A stretch of DNA of 64,000 nt from Mobula hypostoma (taxonomy: Eukaryota): positions 225,062,001-225,126,000 of the forward strand of contig NC_086097.1 in assembly GCF_963921235.1 (NCBI RefSeq), in the 5' to 3' direction. A program made the translations under genes and the position numbers. Within the stretch, counting starts at the first letter, position 1, and each line of letters begins with the position of its first letter. The notes under the pieces are model-generated. The model did not search any database, was not told the origin of the DNA, and saw only the letters and a program-made list of their open reading frames with translations. Positions 48,850 through 62,270 of the stretch are shown one piece after another.

Positions 48850-51800
48850 ATAGTCAGTATGGCTTTGTGTGTGGTAAGTCATGTCTAACCATTCTTATAA
48901 TGTTTTCTGAGGAAATTACCAGGAAAGTTGATGAAGGCAAAGCAGTGGAAGTTGTTTACATGGATTTTAGCATGCCTTTGACAAAGTCCAGCATGGAAGG
49001 TTGATTGAGAAGGTTCAGTTGCTAAGCATTCAAGATGAGATAGTAAATTAGATGAGATTAACTTTGGAGGAGAAGCCAGAGAGTGGTGATAGAGGGTTGC
49101 CTCTCTGAATGGAAGCCTGCGAATGCCATAGGGACCAATGCTGGGTCCATTGTTATTTGTTAACTATATTAATGATCTGGATGATAATGTGGTAAACAGT
49201 ATTAGCAAATTTGAAGATGACACCAAGATTGTGGATGTAGTGGACAGTGAGGAAGCCTATCAAAAATTACAGTGGGATCTGGACTAGCTGAAAAAATTGG
49301 CTGGAAAATGGCAGATGGAATTTCATGTGAGGTGTTGCAAATTGGGAGGCCAACCAAGGTAGGACTTGCACGGTGGGTGGTAGAGCGCTGAGGAGTGCAG
49401 TAGAACAGAGGAATCTGGGAAGAGAGATCCATAATTCCGTGAAAGTGCCATCACAGGTAGATAGGGCCGTAACGAAAGCTTTAGACACATTAGCCTTCAC
49501 AAATCAATGTATTGAGTACAGGTATTGGGATGAATTTGAAGAAATGAGAAAGGATCTAAAAAGCGTGGATTGGGACAGGTTGTTCTCTGGCAAGGATGTG
49601 ATTGGTAGGTGGGAAGCCTTCAAAGAAGAAATTTTGGGAGTGCAGAATGTGTATGTTCCTGTCAGGATTAAAGGTAAAGTGAATAGGAATAAGGAACCTT
49701 GGTTCTCAAGGGATATTGCAACTCTGATAAAGAAGAAGAGGGAGTTGTATGACATGTATAGGAAGCAGGGAGTAAATAAGGTGCTTGAGGAGTATAAGAA
49801 GTGCAAGAAAATACTTAAGAAAGAAATCAGGAGTGCTAAAAGAAGACATGAGGTTGCCTTGGCAGTCAAAGTGAAGGATAATCCAAAGAGCTTTTACAGG
49901 TATATTAAGAGCAAAAGGATTGTAAGGGATAAAATTGGTCCTCTTGAAGATCAGAGGGGTCGCCTATGTGCGGAACCAAAGGAAATGGGGGAGATCTTAA
50001 ATAGGTTTTTTGCGTCTGTATTTACTAAGGAAACTGGCATGAAGTCTATGGAATTAGGGGAAACAAGTAGTGAGATCAAGGAAACTGTACAGATCGAAAA
50101 GGAGGAGGTCCTTGCTGTCCTGAGGAAAATTAAAGTGGATAAATCCCCAGGACCTGACAGGGTGTTCCCTTGGACCTTGAAGGAGACTGGTGTTGAAATT
50201 GCAGGGGCCCTGGCAGAAATATTTAAAATGTCGCTGTCTACAGGTGAGGTGTCGAAGGATTAGAGAGTGGCTCATGTTGTTCCGTTGTTTAAAAAAGGAT
50301 CGAAAAGTAATCCAGGAAATTATAGGCCGGTAAGTTTAACGTCGCTAGTAGGTAAGTTATTGGAGGGAGTACTAAGAGACAGAATCTACAAGCATTTGGA
50401 TAGACAGGGACTTATTAGGGAGAGTCAACATGGCTTTGTGCGTGGCAGGTCATGTTTGACCAATCTATTGGAGTTTTTCGAGGAGGTTACCAGGAAAGTG
50501 GATGAAGGGAAGGCAGTGGATATTGTCTACATGGACTTCAGTAAGGCCTTTGACAAGGTCCCGCATAGGAGGTTAGTTAGGAAAATTCAGTCGCTAGGCA
50601 TACATGGAGAGGTGGTAAATTGGATCAGACATTAGCTCAATGGAAGAAGCCAAAGAGTGGTAGTAGAAAATTGCTTCTCTGAGTGGAGGCCTGTGACTAG
50701 TGGTGTGCCACAAGGATCAGTGCTGGGTCCATTGTTATTTGTCATCTATATCAATGATCTGGATGATAATGTGGTAAATTGGATCAGCAAATTTGCTGAT
50801 GATACAAAGACTGGAGGTGTAGTAGACAGCGAGGAAGGTTTTCAGAGCCTGCAGAGGGACTTGGACCAGCTGGAAAAATGGGCTGAAAAATAGCAGGTGG
50901 AGTTTAATGCAGACAAGTGTGAGGTATTGCACGTTGGAAGGACAAACCAAGGTAGAACAAACAGGGTTAATGGTAAGGCACTGAGGAGTGCAGTGGAACA
51001 GAGGGATCTGGGAATACAGATACAAAATTCCCTAAAAGTGGCGTCACAGGTAGATAGGGTCGTAAAGAGAGCTTTTGGTACATTGACCTTTATTAATCGA
51101 AGTATTGAGTATAAGAGCTGGAATGTTATGATGAGGTTGTATAAGGCATTGGTGAGGCCGAATCTGGCGTATTGTGTTCAGTTTTGGTCACCAAATTACA
51201 GGAAGGATATAAATAAGGTTGAAAGAGTACAGAGAAGGTTTACAAGGTTGTTGCCGGGACTTGAGAAACTCAGTTACAGAGAAAGGTTGAATAGGTTAGG
51301 ACTTTATTCCCTGGAGCATAGAAGAATGAGGGGAGATTTGATAGAGGTATATAAAATTATGATGGGCATAGATAGAGTGAATGCAAGCAGGCTTTTTCCA
51401 CTGAGGCAAGGGGAGAGAAAAACCAGAGGACATGGGTTAAGGGTGAGGGGGGAAAAGTTTAAAGGGAACATTAGGGGGGGCTTCTTCGCACAGAGAGTGG
51501 TGGGAGTATGGAATGAGCTGCCAGACGAGGTGGTAAATGTGGGTTCTTTTTTAACATTTAAGAATAAATTGGACAGATACATGGATGGGAGGTATATGGA
51601 GGGATATGGTCCGTGTTCAGGTCAGTGGGACTAGGCAGAAAATGGTTCGGCACAGCCAAAGGGCCTGTTTCTGTGCTGTAGTTTCTATGGTTCTATGCTA
51701 TGTTGAAATTGTATCAGATGTTGGTGAGGCCTGATTTGGAGTATCGTGTGCAGTTTTGTTCACCTACCTAGAGGAAAGCTGTAAATAAGATTGAAAGAGT

Positions 51801-52215
51801 GAAGAAAAAATTTACAAGGATGTTGCTGGGACTTGAGTTAAAGAGAAATGTTGAACAGGTTAGGACTTTGTTCCATAGAACGTGGAAGATTGAGCGAAGA
51901 TTTGATAAAGGGGTATAGATAGGGTAACTGCAAGTAGGCTTTTTCCACTGATGTTGGGTGAGATTACAACTATAGATCATGGCTTAAGGGTGAAAGATGA
52001 AATGTTTGAGTGGACCATGAGGGGAACATTCTTCACTTAGAGGTCGGTGAGGATGTGGAACAAGCTGGCAGCACAAGTGGTGGTTGTGAGTTTGATTTCA
52101 ATATTTAAGAGAAATTTGGATAGGTACATGGATGGGAGGGGTATGAAGGGCTTTTGTCCAGGTGCGGGATGATGGGAGTAGATAGATTAATGGTTCGGCA
52201 CAGACTAGGTGGGCT
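48850..52215 (+). mobile_element. Older CR1 RT fragment split by a younger CR1
   Basis: Degraded RT at 48850-49532 resumes at 51698 (gggatg|ctatgttgaaattg). Confidence 0.85.
49533..51697 (+). mobile_element. Young CR1/HER1 LINE ORF2, one frame with three nonsense codons
   Basis: Four ORFs in the same frame, separated only by TAG at 50261, 50633 and 50891. Has [14 protein letters not shown] and a ttctatggttctatg tail. Confidence 0.95.
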
Positions 52216-53559
52216 GAAGGTTGATCATCAGCCTGAAATGTTAACACTTAATTTCTCTCAAGCTGACCAACCTGCAGAAAATTTATAGCGTTTTCTATTT
52301 TCATTTTCTAACATCTCATTGTTTTGTTATTTGGCACATCTGGAAGTGATGAAAGAAACTCTATAAATGCAAGCCTTTCTTTTTACTAACTGCAGGGCCA
52401 TACCAGTGTGTCGTCTGTTACCTCTTCCATGTGTGTCAAAAATTTGAGCTTTTCTTTCAATTCCTGAAAGTAAAATCCAAAGTAACTTTTGAAATTGTGA
52501 CCTTTATATATTTACGAGCCATTGGTTCTACAGCCATAAGATGGTTTCATTTGGCTAAGCAGATGCTATTTGAGACTGACAGGACTGTGGCCAAACACAG
52601 AGACAGCACCCTATAGATGTCATTATAACAATAGGAGTCCAATATGAATAACTAATAAAGTGCTGAAAATAACTGGCCTCCAGTTCTGACAAAAGTTACA
52701 GGGTCGCATTCTTTTCAGCAATTATCAATTTCGACAAGGAATATTCTGGCACCACAGAGTCTGGCCTGTATTTTCTACCAGCCACTCTTTCCTTGTCTAT
52801 GAGGTGCAGCAACAAAAGGAACATCTTCAATGAAAGAAGAAACTCTTACTCTCTACTTCCTCCTCACCTAGGTACCTGCTATTGTTGGATATCACTGTCA
52901 GTAAGTAAAGAAAGAACTCTACACCACTTTTTCCACTAACAAAGGGTATTACATTGTGGGTGAAAGGGTGGTGCCTAGTAGAAATGGCTAAGTGTCTGGT
53001 CAGAAAGCCAGAGTGAAGAAAGGCTGTCAGTCGAGAGGAATACTGAGGCATCACTGAGGGAAATCAGCGCTGAATTATCAAAATCCAGCAAATTACTCAC
53101 ATAAAGATCTATTCAAAACAGCTCCTGAAGGATAACATCAGAGTTTTGGAACAGAGGATTTAAATTCAATCAATAGTGTTTCAACACCTATTCCCATTAC
53201 TGACACAAGTTTTCCATAAAACTGCCACAGAGTTACCAGCAAGAAAAGCAGGGTGATCCCAACACAGACCGGGCAGAAAGTCTTCCCACAGGATTTCCCA
53301 ACCACCACAAACCCACCTTCCACCCGTCCCTCCCAGTTTGCACATGCTTCAATTCTCTCACTTCGGAATTTTTTTCTGTAAAGTATTTATTTCTGTCTTT
53401 ACAGAGGGAGGGAGGCAAAAGTCAGAAAATTATAAGCCAGTTAGTCTAACTTCAGGGGTTGGGAAGATGGTGGAGTCCATTGCTAAGGTCTCAGGTTACT
53501 TGGAGACACATAATAAAAGTGTAGAATTTTCCTAAATGGGGAAAGTATAGAAATGAGTA

Positions 53560-55568
53560 CCGTAAATTGTGGTGTATAAGCCCAGAATTTGGCCCTAAAT
53601 TTTGGTCCTAAAATACAGAAGCTTATACAGAGGATGCCAACCTTGGAAAAACGAATACATGGAAGACAGGTCGTATTTATCGGCTGTTTTTGAGTCAAAT
53701 ACAAAAGAAAATACAAATGCTTATGAAATCTACACAGAAGAAAAGATCTTCAAAACACATTCTGTTTCTCAATTTACTTGTACACACTGTTGTCATCAAA
53801 CGTTCAGAGCTTAAAAATCTCTACTCTTCATTATCTGACTCTCCGAAAATTGCGTCCCATTCTTCGGCGGTCACCATATCATTGTAAGGATTGTCAATTT
53901 CTGCTTTGACATCATCATTTGCAGCTTTACTAGCTGCCAAATCTCCAACGTCTTCTTCCCAAAGCAAATGATCTTCAGTGCCATCCAAAGCATTGCTGAT
54001 GCTGCACTTCTTGAAGGCCTTCACAAAGCACTCGGCCTTCATTTCCTCCCACGATTGCACTACCCACTCGCAAACTGTAGCTAGAGATGCGGCCCTCATA
54101 TTCCCCGCTGGAGTGAATGACTGACTTCCAGACATCATCCATTCGTTCCACTATCAACGCATGAATTCTTTGAATGGTTTGTTTAAAGTCACATCTAGTG
54201 GCTGGAGCACGGACGTCAAACCACCGGGGATGACTGTAATGTCCGTATTTTCAGCTTTCAATGCTGCTTTTGTCTCACCTGACAAGTGCGCTTTGAACAC
54301 GTCCCAGACAAGTAGCAACTTTTCCTTCCTGAAACCTTCGGGACGTCGACGCCACACATCGTTAACCCACTTCAAGCAACCTGCTTTGTCCATCCAGCCG
54401 CGTTCTTGAACGTAAACAACAACACCCCATGGGAATTTTTCTTCCTTTGGGAATGTTTTCCTCTTAAAAATCACCATTGGTGGTAGTTTGGTCCCATCAG
54501 CCATACACGTTAACACGACAGTAAAATATTGCTTCCCGTGTCCAGTTGTTTTGACAAGGACTGCTCTGATTGACAGTGCGGTTGCCAGCAAAATCAAAGA
54601 ATATTGGTGTCTCATCCATGTTACCAATCAGTGAAAGCGGGTAAGAATGTGCCTTTCGATGCTTGATTACAAACGACTGGAAGGCCATTATCTTATTCTC
54701 AAGGTCGCTAGGCAACTTCTGAGCAATCTTTAATTTTTGTCTCAACACAAGATCACGTCTATTCATAAATCGGGTGCACCAACTTCGCGTAGCTTTGAAA
54801 TTTTCACTGACCTCACGGTGTTTCTCGGCCCAATTCAACGCTTGAACTCGAATCATTTCCCTGGTAACAATGTATCTAGACAATTGCTGGTGATTCACCC
54901 ACTCTAAAACATTTTCTTCCAGTTCTGGCCACTGGCATGTTTTCCTACGGTTTGCACATTTCGTTTTAGGCATTTCCCTCAGCGTGTCCTCTGCCTTTCT
55001 CCACTCTCTCACTTGTTTCTCGTTTACACGAAACTTCTTAGCAGCTGCAGAATTATTCGTTCCTTTAGCAAAATCAACAACCTTCAGCTTGAAGCCAGCA
55101 TCATACCGCATTCATTTTAATCTTTTGTATGTAGTAGTCGTAAACTCAATACTGAGTACACGTACTGATCCCGCCACCCCATGTTATGTTTTAACAAGAT
55201 TACGATGGGCGCTAATTGGTTTCACGGGGGTTACATTTCAGAGGATTCTTTGCCATTGGGAACTTAATCCAAAACTTCCCTCCCTGATTTATTTATTAAG
55301 AATTAGTTTATAACGCTCTGTAATGTGTGGGCCTATTTTCTTAGCAGGTACTGGTTCACAAAATTTCCAGATTCCGGGTCCAGCAAAGCTGAGTACCAGC
55401 ATGCGAGATCTTGTGATTTTTTCTGTTTAAGTCAAAAACCTCTACAAAAGGGGTCGGCTTATACAAAGGTAACATGAAAAAGTCACTTTTTTAACCTTGA
55501 AAATGGAGGGGGGGGGGCACGTGGAATCGGCTTATACTCCGGGTCGGCATATAGACCGGAATTTACGG
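53560..55568 (-). mobile_element. pogo-family (POGK-like) DNA transposon, near full length, frameshifted
   Basis: TA-flanked TIRs ccgtaaatt.../...aatttacgg. Brinker-type DBD (YDAGFKLKVV), CENP-B-type HTH and DDE_1 motifs (NMDETP, VWDVFKAH, LQPLDV). Inserted in a CR1 fragment. Confidence 0.93.
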
Positions 55569-55744
55569 TAATGCAAAGGGACTTGGGAGTCGTCATGCAG
55601 GAATTCCTAAAGGTTATTGCAGGTTGAGTCGGTGGTAAGGAAAGCAAATGCAATGTTAGCATTCATTTTGAGAGGACTAGAATATAAAAGCAAGGATGTA
55701 AAGCTGAAGTTTCATCTCTCTCCCTCTCTCTGGCTATATATCCC

Positions 55745-56715
55745 ATAGGATGATGATGGTTCCTTTCAGTCAGTTAGTGGGCTTTGATATGTGCATCCTG
55801 GAGTGGCTGTACAGGCCGATCCTTGACAGGCACTGCTTGCCACATACTTGGCAGGTGAGGCCTGGAGGGGCAGCAGGGGCAGAAGCTCTGTTGTGGCGCT
55901 TCCTGTACCTTTCCTCTGTTGCCTCGTTGAGCTCGTTCTCAGCAGCGTCCACACCTTTTCTGATGGCGTCCCTCTACTGTGCGCGATCTTAAACCAGATC
56001 CTCCCATGTTGATGGGGCAATGTCAGCTTTCTTGAGGCTCCTGTGCAGAACATTGTTGTACCGCAGTTGCTTTCGAGTACCACTGGACAGTTGGCCGTAC
56101 AAGATGTCGTTGGGCAATCGTCCATCAGGCATTCTGACAACATTTCCTGCCCAGCGCAGTTGGGCTGACATCACCAAGTTTGAAACTGCTGGCATTCTGG
56201 CTCGAGAGAGGACCTTGGTATTGGAGACCTTGTCTCACCAGCTGATCTTCATCAGAGAGCGTAGGTGATGCTGCTGCAGTTGGTCAAGCTGGCGTAAGTG
56301 TCTCTGATATGGGCACCATGTCTCACATCCGTATAACAAGGTTGATATGACAACAGCCCTGTATACCTTGCACTTGGTGGCCAACCTGATGTTCTGTGGC
56401 CAATTGTGATCTTTCAACTGACCAAAGGCAAAGCAGGCTTTTCTGGTTCTTGACTCAATCTCTGCATCCAGAGAAGCTGAGGATGGTATTATGCTGCCCA
56501 GATAGCAAAACTTGTTGACAGCATTGAGATGAGTGTCATCAATGAGGACAGTTGTTTCTTCGTAGCTTGATCCAGGAACCGGTTGGTATGAAACTTTCAT
56601 CTTTTTCATGCTGATTGTCAGTCCGAAGCTTTTGGTTGCACTGGCAAAGCGACTGGTGATCTCCTGTAAGTCTTTGAGAGAGTGGGCAACCAGTGCACAG
56701 TCACCAGCACAATCA
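55745..56715 (-). mobile_element. RTE/BovB-type LINE 3' fragment
   Basis: AGDCALVAHS, FCYLGS, LLYGCETW, QLRWAGNVVRM and terminal CQVCGKQCLSRIGLYSH. Confidence 0.9.
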
Positions 56716-56789
56716 CAGTCATTCATAAGTCAGACCACACTTGGATTACTGTGACCAGTTTTGGGCCCCATATTTAAGAAAGGATGTAT

Positions 56790-58700
56790 CAAGCGACATA
56801 GATGACAACAAAGTTTCACTTCCAGATGTGCTCAGTGCCTTTTATGCTTGCTTTGACTGCCAAAACACAGAGGCACCAACACAAACCCCCACAGCCTCTT
56901 ATACCTTGTGACTTACAGCCTCTGAGACCGATGTGAGAGCATCCTTCAGGAGGGTGAACCGAAGGAAAGCAGCCGGCCCAGATGGATTACCTGGCCAGGT
57001 ACTAAATACCTGTGTTGATCAACTGGTCGGAGTGTTTATTGATCTTTAACCTCTTGCTTTGACAGTCCGAGGTAGGCAGGCTTCAATTATACCATTGCCT
57101 AAGAAGAAGATGGTAATCAGCCTCAATGACTATCATCCAGTGGTACTTACTTACACTTTGATGAAGTGTTTGGAGAGGTTGGTGATGAAACATATCAACT
57201 CCTGCTCCAGAAGTGACTTTTGTCTATTGACATAACAGGTCAACAATAGATGCCATTTCATTAGCTCTTCACTCAATCCTGGAACAAATGGATAGTGAAA
57301 ATGCATACATCTGGATGCTCTTTATTGACTACTGCTTGACATTTAATACTATAATCCCCTGAAAATTATTCAGTAAGTTTCAAGGCCTAGGGCTCAATAC
57401 CTCCCTGTGCAACTGAATCCTCAATTCCCACACTTGCGGACCCTAGTCCGTTCAGATTGCCAACAGCTTCTAATCCACAATCACCATCAGTACAGGAGCA
57501 CCACAAGGCTGTGTTCTTAGCCTCCTGGTCTACTTGCTTTGCACTTATGACTGTGAGGCTAAGCATAGCTCAAATGCCATATTTACGTTTGCTGATGACA
57601 CCACTGCTGTTGACCAAATCAGAGGTCACGGTGAATCAGTATTTTGCAGGGAAATTGAAAATCTGGCTGAGTGGTACCACAACAACAACCCCTCGTTGAA
57701 TGCCAGCAAAGCCCAACCAGCTGATTATTGAGTTCAAGAGGAGGAAATAGATGTATGATGGAGAATGTATTGACTGGTTGCCTCACAGAATGTGTATAAG
57801 ATGATGAGAGGCATTGATCATGTGGGTAGTCAGAGGTTTTTTCCCAGGGCTGAAATGGCTAGCACGAGAGGGCACAGTTTTAAGGTGCTTGGAAGTAGGT
57901 ACAGAGGAGATGTCAGGGGTAAGTTTTTTTACGCGGAGAGCGGTGAGTGCATGGAATGGGCTGCCAGCGACAGTGGTGGAGGTGGATATGATAGGGTCTT
58001 TTAAGAGACTCCTGGACAGGTACATAGAGCTCAGAAAAATAGAGGGTTGTGGGTAACCCTAGGTAATCTCTAAGGTAAGGACATGTTCAGCACAGCTTTT
58101 GGGCCAAGGAGTCTGTATTGTGCTGTAGGTTTTCTATGTTTCTGTGAACAGAAAAGCCTACAAAAAGTAATGGATATGGCCCAGTCCATCTTGTTTAAAA
58201 CTCTCCCCACTATTGAGCAAATCTACACTGAGCACTATCAGAAGAAAGCAGCATCCATCATCAAAGACCACCTCCCCCCCCCGCTCTCTTCTTACTTCCC
58301 GCAATCAGGAAGAAGATACAGGACTCTCAGGACACCTCACCCCCCACCACCAGGTGCAGGAACAGTCATTATCCAACCATCATGCTCTTGAACCAGAGTG
58401 AATAACTTCACTCGCCTCATCACTGAACTGTTCCTGCATCCTATGGACTCACTTTCAAGGACTTTGTCTCATGTTCTTGATAGTTATTGCATGTTTGTTT
58501 GTTTATTTATTTATTACTTCTTTGTTTTCTTCTTTTCTTTTTGTTGTCTTTTGCATATTGGTTGTTTGTCCTGTTGGGGACAGTCTTTCATTGATTCTTT
58601 TGTGTGTTTTGTATTTACTACAAATGCCTGAATGAAAAAGAATCTCAGGGTTGTATATGGTGACATAACGTACTTTGATAATAAATTTACTTTGAACTTT
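56790..58700 (+). mobile_element. Rex1/Babar LINE, decayed, with a nested CR1 tail at ~57790-58143
   Basis: RRVNRRKAAGPDG, LNDYHPVVLT, GAPQGCVL, FADDTT, KKAASIIKD. The nested CR1 encodes YKMMRGID...TRGHSFKV. Confidence 0.85.
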
Positions 58701-59914
58701 GAATCCTTCCTTGGTGGCAGGAAAGGACAAGGAAAATAATAAAAGATGGGTTTGTAGGTTTATATGAGAAAGGTGAATCATTATCAGAGACAGTGTTTTG
58801 CCTGGATGGTTGCAGTATGCTGAAAATAGAATAAAGTCAGTAAAGTATTTTTTGAAGGAAATACAGCTGTAACATGGAAAATTGGCATTCTACTTGTAAT
58901 CTCCCTTAAGCAACTAAGCTGCCCACTATAGAGATGCTGATTGTGGCAAACTAGCCAAGACACTTGGACAAATATGGAGTGCCATAGTACTTTATCTTGA
59001 TTCTTAAAATCACAAATATTGACTGTGCTTTTGAATTGGCTAAGATAGGAGCAAGTGTGGGACGAAGACACTATGACAATATTCACAATTAAGGTTGACA
59101 GTGTGTGATTTTGTAAGGAAAGATAATCACAATTTTACTAATCATAACAGTGATGACACTATGTTATCAGTGCTGTCAGTTCCTTATGAATTGGACTTAT
59201 TTTCCAGGTAAAAGTGCTTTGGGCTTGTAAATATCTTTTATGCTGATTGGCATGAATACCTCATCTGTCATATTTGAAGATTACCATTGAAGGTGAAAAA
59301 GCAGTAGATACAATTAACATTGTTTTTTTTTTGAAAGTCGTACTGTCGGTCATGTCAGATTATGATAAACTATGACATCTTGATTAATAGTTCATTTATA
59401 AAAAAAAGCTGAAGGGTTGTATTTTCTGAATAGATCACAATGTCATCAGTGAACAAAATCCTGTTACAGGTAACAAATTTTTGTAATAAATTTAAATTTT
59501 CATGTCTGAAATGCTTGGCATGATTTTCCATGTGGCAATGTGCATGCACCCTGTAAATTATTACAGTGCAGGGTTTATAATACTCAAACCCCTTGAAAGA
59601 AGTTTAATGCATTCTTGAATGGTTTAGAACAATCTATAATCATTGTTTGAACTGTCACCTTAAAGCCACTCTCCCACCCCATCAAGAATAATAAATCTAT
59701 TAATCTCAGTGCATTAGCAGTGTTACAAATGGGAATATACTTAATGAGTAAAACTTAGGACCTTTTAAGTTCTTCCGATTTTTAATTTTTAGCACTGAAA
59801 AATATGCTAAAAGATTTGTAATTAGTATTCTCTTTTTGTATTGCATGAAAGTAGTTAATCAATTTACCCAAATTAGAAGTGGGATGGCTTGCACCAAATC
59901 TAGAATGAAAAGCA

Positions 59915-60040
59915 AGAGTCTCGGCCCTAAATGTTGACTGTTTACTCTTTTCCACAGATGCTGCCTGACCTGCTGAGTTCCTCCAGCATTTTGTGTGTGT
60001 TGCTTGGACTTCCAGCAACTCTGGATTTTCTTGTGTTTGT
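59915..60040 (+). mobile_element. Penelope pLTR fragment
   Basis: gtctcggccctaaatgttgactg...gatgctgcctgacctgctgagttcctccagc. Confidence 0.8.
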
Positions 60041-61204
60041 GATTCTACATAGAATTCAGTCTCATAGCTAAGTTCAGGATGACCATTTATCCATCTATTA
60101 GGGACTTGAGATGAATGATTTCATGAGCCCATTGGAAATTACAAGCACTTTGAGTACTACCTTGCTTCCCAGGGCTTTGTGTTACCACTGAAGGATGCAA
60201 CTTCCTTTTAGGGACTGCAGATGACCTTTAAACTCTCGTCATTTCCCAATTTACCACTCAGTTTGCAGAGAGCATTTGTGGAGGTGACCACCAACCGATC
60301 ATGTGATCATGCAGAGAGCCTCACCTCTCCTCCACCTGACACTTGATAAATGTTCTACGTAACAACCAAATTCAATTAATTTGCAACCAAATTTCAAGTT
60401 TGTTTCGTCTGCATTTCAGTTTATGGTAACAACGACAAAACTTGTAAAAATACCCAAACTGGAACGGACTGTAAGGTATTCCAAGATGACTTTCAACATT
60501 CATGATCTAACACCCCTGCTCCTTTGAGACAGATCCTGTTCTATGCAGCAAATTGAGGCCCCGAATAATGATTGAATTAGTTTTAGGGTCCTGGGAGGGG
60601 AGCCAAGCAAATCTAATCTTTGTCAGAAGAATTAGTTAAGTTGATAATTTGACAGCTACATTCTAGTGTTGTCAATAATCTGTGGAGTTGTTCATCAGTT
60701 GTCCTGAATTGGTCCAAACACAATGCAAATGGTGATGGATCTCAAACAGTTTGACTTGAATCATACATAATTGCTGAACCCTTAAGACTCCAAAGCATTT
60801 TGCTCTATCTGATAACAATACTTCTTTTTCAATGCTATTCAGATGACAACAAATAACTTACAGCAGAATTTGACAATTTTACAATAAAAATAGAAAATGC
60901 TCAGCACATCAGGGTAGGTTTATGACCTCCAGAACAGAAACAAGTTAAAATTAAACACTTTTAAATGTCATACTGTCAGTCATGTCAGAGCACTGAAGGT
61001 GGGGGTGTGGGTGGCAATTGTGGTGAGTGATATTAAGAGAGGCAAGGATCAAAGTGAAGAACTCTGATTAGATTGAATGCAACAGAGAGTAAATCACAAT
61101 AAGAATGTTGGTGCAACCCAGATTTGCAAAGATCCACCATTTCACAGATTATAAGGGTTGATGGAGATTACAGAAGGGAGGACAAACAATGAAATGAGGT
61201 GTTA

Positions 61205-62055
61205 CATAGAAACATAGAAATCTACGGCACATTACAAGCCCTTCGGCCCACAATGTTGTGTTGACCATCTAAAATAGTCAAGAAACTGCCTAGAATTACC
61301 CTATCACATAGCCGTCTATTTTTCTAAGCTCCATGTACCTATCTAAGAGTCTATTAAAAGACTCTATTGTATCCACCTCCACCACCATCGCTGGCAGTGC
61401 ATTCCATGCACCCACCACTCTCTGTGTGAAAAACTTACCCCTGATATCACCCTTGTACCTACTTCCAAGCACCTTAAAACTATGTCCCCTCAAGTTAGCC
61501 ATTTCAGCCCTGGGAAAAAGCCTCTGGCTATCCCCATGATCAATGCCTCTCATCATTTTATACACCTCTCAGGTCACCTCTCAAACTCCACCATTCCAAG
61601 GAGAAAAAGTCAAGTTCACTCAGCCTATTCTCATAAGGCATGCTCTCCAATCCAGGCAACATCCTTGTAAATCTCCTCTGCACTCTCTCTATAGTATCCA
61701 CATTCTTCCTGTAATGAGGTGACCAGAACTGAACACATTAGTCCAAGTGGGGTCTAACTAATGTCTTATATAGCTATAAGATTACCTCACAGCTCTTGAA
61801 CTTAATCCCACAGTTGATGAAGGCCATCACACCACACGCCTTCTTAATAACACTGTAAACCTGCGCAGCAGCTTTGAGTGTCCTGTGGACACGGATTCCA
61901 AGATCTTGCTGATCCTCCATATTGCCAAGAATCTTACCATTAATATTATATTCTGAATTCAAATTTGACCTACCAAAATGAACTACTTCACACTTCGCTA
62001 GGTTGAACTCCATCTGCCACTTCTCAGCCCAGTTCTGCATCCTATTGATGTCGTG
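61205..62055 (-). mobile_element. CR1 3' fragment
   Basis: ORFs 61774-62070 (NWAEKWQMEFN) and 61296-61565 (GKFFTQRVVGAWNALP). Confidence 0.9.
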
Positions 62056-62061
62056 CCTTAA

Positions 62062-62270
62062 CCATGTCACAAATCATGATTATGCGACCACTGACACCAG
62101 GCAGACAACCTCTGAAGAGTATGGATAATGTCTGGGATCACCTGTCTTGTAAAGATACTGCCCAGAAGAAGGTAATGGCAAACCACTTCCATAGAAAAAT
62201 TTGCCAAGAACTATCAGGGTCATGGAAAGACCATGATTACGCTCGCCAAAGGACACAGCACACAATGCTG
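62062..62270 (+). mobile_element. Short RTE/BovB-related segment
   Basis: gaagaaggtaatggcaaaccacttcc resembles the Bov-A/RTE gagaaggcaatggcaacccactcc motif. Confidence 0.45.

Noticed and set aside
49373..50263. 296-aa ORF as a novel fusion protein
   Set aside because: A fortuitous in-frame junction between an old CR1 and a nested young CR1.
52872..52900. Plus-strand 29-nt micro-exon (cacctAG ... GTAAGT)
   Set aside because: An isolated signal with no supporting neighbouring exons, and expected by chance.
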